A stretch of 64,000 nt of DNA from a bacterium. GTDB taxonomy: Bacteria; Patescibacteriota; Patescibacteriia; UBA1558; S5-K13. Shown here piece by piece: positions 58,221-64,000 of the stretch. The notes beneath the pieces are model-generated. The model searched no databases. It had not been told where the DNA came from and was given only the letters and a program-made list of their open reading frames with translations. The DNA is taken from the NCBI GenBank assembly GCA_029555085.1, contig JAKPTO010000014.1, forward strand, positions 8,300 through 72,299, in the 5' to 3' direction. Numbering within the stretch: the first letter of the stretch is position 1; every line of letters starts with the position of its first letter. The position numbers and the translations under genes are program-made.

Positions 58221-59165
58221 TTAAGTTTTTATAAATTTTATTTGTCTTTCTAATATCCATGGATAATATTTTTGAATATAGTCGTTAACTTCCATGGGTT
58301 TTATAACTCCAAATTCACAAATTATTCCCGTAATATATTCATATGGTATATAGTCAAAAGCGATATTTATAATATTTAATTTTTTAGAGGTGAAATTTTC
58401 CCAAATTTCGCTATTATGTCTTATTTCAATATTAATAGTATTTTGAGAATCAAGTTTAAGCAATGCCCCGGTTATGTAAAAAGGAATTTGATTTACCTTA
58501 CACGCTAATGAAATTCCATAGGAACCAATCTTATTTACCGCAGAACCATCTAATGAAATTGCATCACATCCCAACATTACCTTATCCATCTTTAAATTTC
58601 CCGAGTGAGGAGATAGAAAAAAACTAGCAGCAGAATCAACTATCATTGTTGTTTTTATATTATTTTGGATTAATTTTTTAGATGTAATTCTTCCCTGCAT
58701 GAGTGGGCGTGCTTCAGTATTATAGACTGATATTTGTTTATTTTTTTGAGAAATTAATATTTTTTCAACAATTGATGAGTGGCAATGAGTTAAAATTTTA
58801 TCATTTTTATGGATTAGAGAAGCGCCATTTTTTATGGTTTGACTCTCTGTTTTTAAAATTAAATCCCTAAACAAATCAATAAGTTTTTTTATATTAATAG
58901 CTGCTTCTTTTGTTGAATCAAATGTTCTATTTTGATATTTATCTTCTATAAATTTTAATGCATTTCTAGACATAGGTTCTGTTGCGCGAATTTTTGTCAT
59001 TTTTGAGCCCTCGGAAAAAAAACTTTTTTCAAAATTTTTTATACTTAAATTTTTATATTTATCACACAAAGCCTCTAAAATATCTAAAGTGGCTTTGCAT
59101 ACGCTTGTAGCACCTTGAATTTTTACTGATTTTATGTCGGCGATTATTTTATTTATATTTTTCAT
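58221..59165 (-). CDS. Ribose-1,5-bisphosphate isomerase (eIF-2B family)
   Basis: IQGAT, THCHSS, TEARP.MQG, GCD, NKIGS; ATG start at 59165. Confidence 0.9.
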   Translation of the reverse strand: MKNINKIIADIKSVKIQGATSVCKATLDILEALCDKYKNLSIKNFEKSFFSEGSKMTKIRATEPMSRNALKFIEDKYQNRTFDSTKEAAINIKKLIDLFRDLILKTESQTIKNGASLIHKNDKILTHCHSSIVEKILISQKNKQISVYNTEARPLMQGRITSKKLIQNNIKTTMIVDSAASFFLSPHSGNLKMDKVMLGCDAISLDGSAVNKIGSYGISLACKVNQIPFYITGALLKLDSQNTINIEIRHNSEIWENFTSKKLNIINIAFDYIPYEYITGIICEFGVIKPMEVNDYIQKYYPWILERQIKFIKT

Positions 59166-59249
59166 ATTAATTAAATTTAAAATCAATAAATATATACATA
59201 TATTTATTTGTATAATTTATATGTCATTTATATATTTATATTATACTAT

Positions 59250-60869
59250 TTATCTTTCTTTGTGTAGCGGTTCATAATCCTCATCATCTTGATCGTCAAT
59301 ATTAAATGCTTGCTCTAGACTTAATGATTTAGATTTTTTTTCTTTTTCTTGATCTTGTTTCTCAGATTTTTTTCGACTGAAACAATCATTACAATACACC
59401 GGTCTTATTCCATCTGGTTTAAATGGCACAGAAATTTCTTTTCCACATTCGTCACATTTTGTTAGAAACAATTCTTTACTTTTTGAACCGCTAGATACTA
59501 CATCTTTTTGAATGTTGATTTTTTTATTCTCTTCTTTTAATTGTTCTATTTTATTTTTTAAATTTTCATCATCCTCATCTTCTGATAACATGCCACTCCA
59601 TTTTGCTATTTTTGCTTCAACTACATTTCTTGGCGTTGTATATCTTTCACGTGAGACTCTAATAACCTTGTCTGTTATTTCTTGCCCATTTTCTGGAATT
59701 GGCATTGGAGCAAGCGTTGTAGCTTGAAATGGGTTTGAAGAAACGCCGTCTATCATTAATTTTATATAAACTCTATATTTAGTTAAATTTACCAAATCTT
59801 CATGATCTATGTATGGTTCAAATTCTTTTTCTAAAAATTCTGCATCTGTTGCGCCTATTCTAAAAACCATCATAGTTCCAACATTACCAAAAACAGCAGC
59901 ACTCACGGATTCACTTAATTGCTCAATGTATTGATGTGCAATAACTAAATTTAAACGATACTTTCTTGCCTCTGACAAGATATTAGAAAAAGAATCTGTC
60001 GCAAAGTTTTGAAACTCATCTACATATAAATAAAAATCATTTCTTTCTTCTTCGGGAGTATCTACTCTACTCATTATAGCAAGTTGTATCTTTGTAATTA
60101 TCATAGCACCGAGAAGAGCAGAATTATCTTCTCCAATTCTTCCCTTTGATAAATTCATGAGTAGAATTTTTTTATTATCAACTATGTCTCTTATATCAAT
60201 TGACGATTTTACTTGACCAACTATATTTCTTGTCAGTGGCGTTGATAAAAATCTACCAACTTTATTCTGGATTGGAGCAATAGCTTCTGCTTGAAATTTT
60301 TGTGGATATTTGTCATACTCATCTACCCAGAAAGATTTTACAACCGGATCGGTAATATTTTTAACAACCTTGTCTCTATATTTTTTATCAACAAGCATTC
60401 TCATTATACCAAGAAGCGTTGCACCTGGATATTCCAAAAGAGCCATTATTGCGTTATTTAATACATATTCTAACCTTGGTCCCCAAGAATCAGCCCAAAT
60501 TTTTTTGAATACTCCAAGAAGTCCAGATGCTATTAAATGTCTTTTTGTTACATCGACATTTTCTAAAACATTAAATGCTATTGGGTAATCATAATCAGAT
60601 GGATTGAAATATACTACATCATTTATTCTACTTGGTGGTATAAAATTTAATACTTTTTCAACTAAATCACCATGTGGATCGGCTAGAGCCACTCCGTGAC
60701 CATTTAAAATATCTTGAATCACCATATTTTCTATTAATACGGATTTACCCATACCAGTTTTTCCAATAAAATACATATGACGACGACGGTCATCAGTTTT
60801 TATTCCGAATTTTTTTGCTTGACCTCTAAAATTTGTTATTCCTAGAAGTGTTATATCTTCTCTCTTCAT
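59250..60869 (-). CDS. TraG/TrwB/HerA-like ATPase with C-terminal CxxC-x17-CxxC domain
   Basis: GKTGMGKS, DPHGD, YVDEFQ, SEARKY, AHQY; CDECG..PF.P..RPVYC.DC. Confidence 0.88.
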   Translation of the reverse strand: MKREDITLLGITNFRGQAKKFGIKTDDRRRHMYFIGKTGMGKSVLIENMVIQDILNGHGVALADPHGDLVEKVLNFIPPSRINDVVYFNPSDYDYPIAFNVLENVDVTKRHLIASGLLGVFKKIWADSWGPRLEYVLNNAIMALLEYPGATLLGIMRMLVDKKYRDKVVKNITDPVVKSFWVDEYDKYPQKFQAEAIAPIQNKVGRFLSTPLTRNIVGQVKSSIDIRDIVDNKKILLMNLSKGRIGEDNSALLGAMIITKIQLAIMSRVDTPEEERNDFYLYVDEFQNFATDSFSNILSEARKYRLNLVIAHQYIEQLSESVSAAVFGNVGTMMVFRIGATDAEFLEKEFEPYIDHEDLVNLTKYRVYIKLMIDGVSSNPFQATTLAPMPIPENGQEITDKVIRVSRERYTTPRNVVEAKIAKWSGMLSEDEDDENLKNKIEQLKEENKKINIQKDVVSSGSKSKELFLTKCDECGKEISVPFKPDGIRPVYCNDCFSRKKSEKQDQEKEKKSKSLSLEQAFNIDDQDDEDYEPLHKER

Positions 60870-60872
60870 AAT

Positions 60873-62480
60873 TTATTCTATTATTGGTAAATTAGCTGGT
60901 GGATCGCCAGGTTTTATATTTTCGTCCTGATTCAAAATTGGTTTATCTTTTTCAACGCTAGGTGTGTTAATATGTGTATTTTGAAATATTTTTGCTTCTT
61001 CGTCTTTTCTAAATTCTTTTTGGTATCGATCTTTTTGATTTATATTTTTTGCAAATTTTGCTTCAAATTGTTTATTTTCCATATCAACAGTTGAAGATTG
61101 TTGCAAATCTTTTAGGGTTATAGGTTCGTTATTATTTATCTTTTCATCAAGAAGTTCGTCTTTTATGAAACTTGATTTAATTTGTGTTTCAAGCGGTAAA
61201 TCACCTGGTGGTTCAACTGTTTTTGTTGAAGTTGTCCTTACCATAGGAGCTTTAACAGTAATTGTTGGAAAATGATACATTGTTGCTAATTCTTCTGTGG
61301 ATAAAAATATAGATTTACTTTCAAATGTATCACGAAGCTTAAATCTCCTTACGAAGCTTTTTGTTAATGCTTTTTTTCTTTGTTCCGTTCTCCAATAATC
61401 AGGATCTGTATTTTTTTTGAAATCAAATTGATTGAAATTTTCAAACTGTTTGAGAGATCCCACAATTGTCCACCTTCCTTTTGCAGGAGTAAATTTATCC
61501 TTAGGCGCAATATAGCAAGTTTTTATTTTTGCTTCATAAATTAATTTATTTAATTTATTTTCTATTGCTGAAACCGTTGCTTTTTCTCTTGATGTAAGAA
61601 GGTTTAAAGTTGAACCAAGTTCTTTTTCATCTTTTACATCGCCCCATAATTTATATACAGTCTCACTTACATAATCGATTGTCCAATCAATTCCTTTGAA
61701 AATTTTATCGGAAAAACTTTCTACGCTTTTACTAGCTCTTCCCATAAGTCCAGCAATTGTTTTTTCACCACCGCGTACAAGTGCTTTATTGTCTGATGGT
61801 CTTGCAATTATCATAATTCCTAAAAATTCCCCAGGACCAATTTTACTCATTATTTCTAAGAGTGACGCAATTGGATCAACAAATGTCTGACTTAATCCAT
61901 GTTCAAAATCAGAAAATGTTTTAAGTGGGTAATAATCATCTTTTTTAAAAGAAGCATCCATTAAAAATGATTTATATTTAGATCCTTTTTCATGTAAATT
62001 ATCTGGAATAAGCGACATGTAATCTTCAACCTCTGTAATTTCTGCTTCCGGATAATAGGCATAAATTGTTGAAGTAATTGTCCCCATATAGTATGAAGGG
62101 GCTCTTACTAAATACTGTATATAGCCCTCAATACTTACAATTTCTAAACTTAGCCATAGTTGTTGACTTCCTTGAATATATTTAGCCCAATTTGTTCTTC
62201 CATGCTTAATACCGTGAATTGTATTGAATAATTCTTCAATAGCTTTTATATTTTGCTCATTGTCTTTTGGAACATCTATGGCAATCATTGAATAATCATT
62301 ATTATTAATGAAATCTCTTTTCTTCTTTTCAAAATGAGCAAAATAAAGTCCCCACGCTAAAGAGACTAAACATAAAAGCCACCCACCTTTGTATATTAAA
62401 ATACCAAGTACATAAAATGGATTATGTTGAAAAATATTTACTAAACTTAGTAGATAAGTTGAATCAAGGGAAATTTGCAT
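60873..62480 (-). CDS. Membrane protein, partner of the downstream ATPase
   Basis: N-terminal TM, SLEI, YPEAEITEVEDY, ELATMYHFP; 3-bp gap to the ATPase. Confidence 0.7.
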   Translation of the reverse strand: MQISLDSTYLLSLVNIFQHNPFYVLGILIYKGGWLLCLVSLAWGLYFAHFEKKKRDFINNNDYSMIAIDVPKDNEQNIKAIEELFNTIHGIKHGRTNWAKYIQGSQQLWLSLEIVSIEGYIQYLVRAPSYYMGTITSTIYAYYPEAEITEVEDYMSLIPDNLHEKGSKYKSFLMDASFKKDDYYPLKTFSDFEHGLSQTFVDPIASLLEIMSKIGPGEFLGIMIIARPSDNKALVRGGEKTIAGLMGRASKSVESFSDKIFKGIDWTIDYVSETVYKLWGDVKDEKELGSTLNLLTSREKATVSAIENKLNKLIYEAKIKTCYIAPKDKFTPAKGRWTIVGSLKQFENFNQFDFKKNTDPDYWRTEQRKKALTKSFVRRFKLRDTFESKSIFLSTEELATMYHFPTITVKAPMVRTTSTKTVEPPGDLPLETQIKSSFIKDELLDEKINNNEPITLKDLQQSSTVDMENKQFEAKFAKNINQKDRYQKEFRKDEEAKIFQNTHINTPSVEKDKPILNQDENIKPGDPPANLPIIE

Positions 62481-62604
62481 TTGTTTTTATTTTGCTAAAC
62501 ATTTATTTAACAAATTTTGTTTTATACTCTAATGCTTATAAAATTAATAGCGCTCTAAAAAGAACACTATTAATTATATCACAAATATTTGAGTTATTAA
62601 ATTT

Positions 62605-63729
62605 TTATTTTTGTTCTAGATGATATTTTCCTTCAGAGTTCTTTTTGATATTTTTGTTATTTATAATTGCTAAATTTACAGTTGTTTTTTTAACTAATTT
62701 TTTCTTTAAAACTTCATTAATTAAATCCTCTTTTTTCATTGGACCTTTTTCTTTTAAAGTTTTTTCTACTATGTCTGAAACTTTTCCTGATTCATAGCCC
62801 CATTTTTTCAAAGCATAAATTCCGCGTCCAACCAAAACATATTTATCATCTAATATTAATTCATTATGAACTGTTGCTGGATGAGCTGATTTTTTATCAA
62901 AACCTACTTGATTAATTTCTGTCGCAATATCTCTAAAGTGCATTGGTTTTTTGTGATTTTTCATGACAAGATAAATTTTATCGCTCATTCTTTTTGGAAT
63001 AATCGATTTCCAATTACTAAGACCAAGTTCACCAAGTGGATTTTGTTTAATTTTTTTACTTGCATTTAAATATTTAAGTAAAATTTTTTCATCTATTTGA
63101 TCACTATTAAAATATATGTCTTCTGCTTCTGAATATGTTTTCCACAATTCAGATTTTTTTATTGGTTCTTGTTTTTTATTAAATAATTCTATTGTCTTAG
63201 ATATTGCATCATTAAATTCATCAAAATCATTATTTTTTGTTCTTAAAAGTGTATAATAATCATCATCTTCTTTATAAATATTATAATTTTCAGATAAAAT
63301 TTTATCAATTAAAAATTTGGTATTTTGATAATTTATATCATTACTAGTTGTATTTCTTGATATTTTTTGGACTAAATCATTTTCTGCTAATATTCCTAAA
63401 TATTCGGAGAGTATGTCATCTACAATACTATCAAGTCTTTTAACTGTGTCTATTTTTTCTGAAATATTTTTCATTTTTTTGACAGCAATATTTTCTATCT
63501 GTCTTATTCTTTCTCTTGTAATGTTGTAATTTCTTCCAATACCATCAAGAGTGAATTTTTTATCACCGTCCAAACTATATCTTTTTGTAATTATATCTTT
63601 TTCTCTATCGTTTAAAGTTTTTAAGAGTTCTGACACTAATTCTCTTGGATCAAATTCCAAAATAGCTGAATCTCTTTCAGAAGAAATAACCTTATCTAAT
63701 ATTGATTGTGATTGTGTTTTATTTGTCAT
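62605..63729 (-). CDS. Sigma70 region-4 HTH + HARE-HTH (RNAP delta-like) protein
   Basis: TLDGIG..YNITRERIRQIE; PMHFRDIA..TVHNELI..YVLVGRGIYAL..W. Confidence 0.85.
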   Translation of the reverse strand: MTNKTQSQSILDKVISSERDSAILEFDPRELVSELLKTLNDREKDIITKRYSLDGDKKFTLDGIGRNYNITRERIRQIENIAVKKMKNISEKIDTVKRLDSIVDDILSEYLGILAENDLVQKISRNTTSNDINYQNTKFLIDKILSENYNIYKEDDDYYTLLRTKNNDFDEFNDAISKTIELFNKKQEPIKKSELWKTYSEAEDIYFNSDQIDEKILLKYLNASKKIKQNPLGELGLSNWKSIIPKRMSDKIYLVMKNHKKPMHFRDIATEINQVGFDKKSAHPATVHNELILDDKYVLVGRGIYALKKWGYESGKVSDIVEKTLKEKGPMKKEDLINEVLKKKLVKKTTVNLAIINNKNIKKNSEGKYHLEQK

Positions 63730-63825
63730 ATTTTTATAAATAAAATTACTAAATGTTATTAATTAAAAAAAACCCAAAAAACGATTTTTGACAAGCCTTT
63801 CTTATACAATAATTTATATAACAAT

Positions 63826-63854
63826 ATAGTATCATATATAAAAAAATATGTCAA
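63826..63854 (-). promoter_or_regulatory. Near-consensus sigma70 promoter
   Basis: TTGACA-17 bp-TACTAT with an extended -10 TG, about 100 bp upstream of 63729. Confidence 0.55.
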
Positions 63855-64000
63855 TAGTAACGTAATAGCCCAATAGCTTGGCAACACTTTAAGTGTAATA
63901 ATTAAATATATATAATATAATAATTATTAATCCTTAAAGTGTATGGCATATACTATTAATCCTAATTTACCAAGATTAAGAGCTAAAGCAGTTAATATGG

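Noticed and set aside
62605-63729. Primary sigma factor RpoD
   Set aside because: No region 2 or 3 motifs; region 4 is N-terminal.

Overview
AT-rich bacterial window in genetic code 11 (TGA is used as a stop). Gene content points to a Patescibacteria/CPR (Parcubacteria-like) genome; this is inferred from the short AlaRS, an RpoA without a recognisable alpha-CTD, repeat-bearing surface proteases, a coupling-ATPase pair and a form III RuBisCO AMP operon. Layout: (1) 1-11.7 kb is an accessory region at the 3' end of tRNA-Ser(TGA), with a partial SpeD-like gene, a FeeM/LuxI-like N-acyltransferase, a 1695-aa protein combining an isocyanide-synthase (DIT1/PvcA)-like domain, two kinase folds, a HAD and a GNAT domain, a radical SAM/SPASM gene, a type III R-M system, duplicated flanks and two apparent split-integrase remnants; (2) tRNA-Ser, tRNA-Gln, rplI, an S41 protease and murA; (3) a ~25-kb surface-glycan cluster (rmlABCD including a NADAR-RmlB fusion, GT2/GT4/GT-C enzymes, metK, GtrA, flippase, S8 protease); (4) the infA-to-rpsI ribosomal operon; (5) a trypsin-like protease, alaS and two foreign-looking proteins with T9SS-type C-terminal domains; (6) corA, mnmA and the R15P isomerase-RuBisCO-AMP phosphorylase operon; (7) the ATPase pair and a sigma70-r4/HARE-HTH protein. 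All calls come from reading motifs by eye; no database searches were run.
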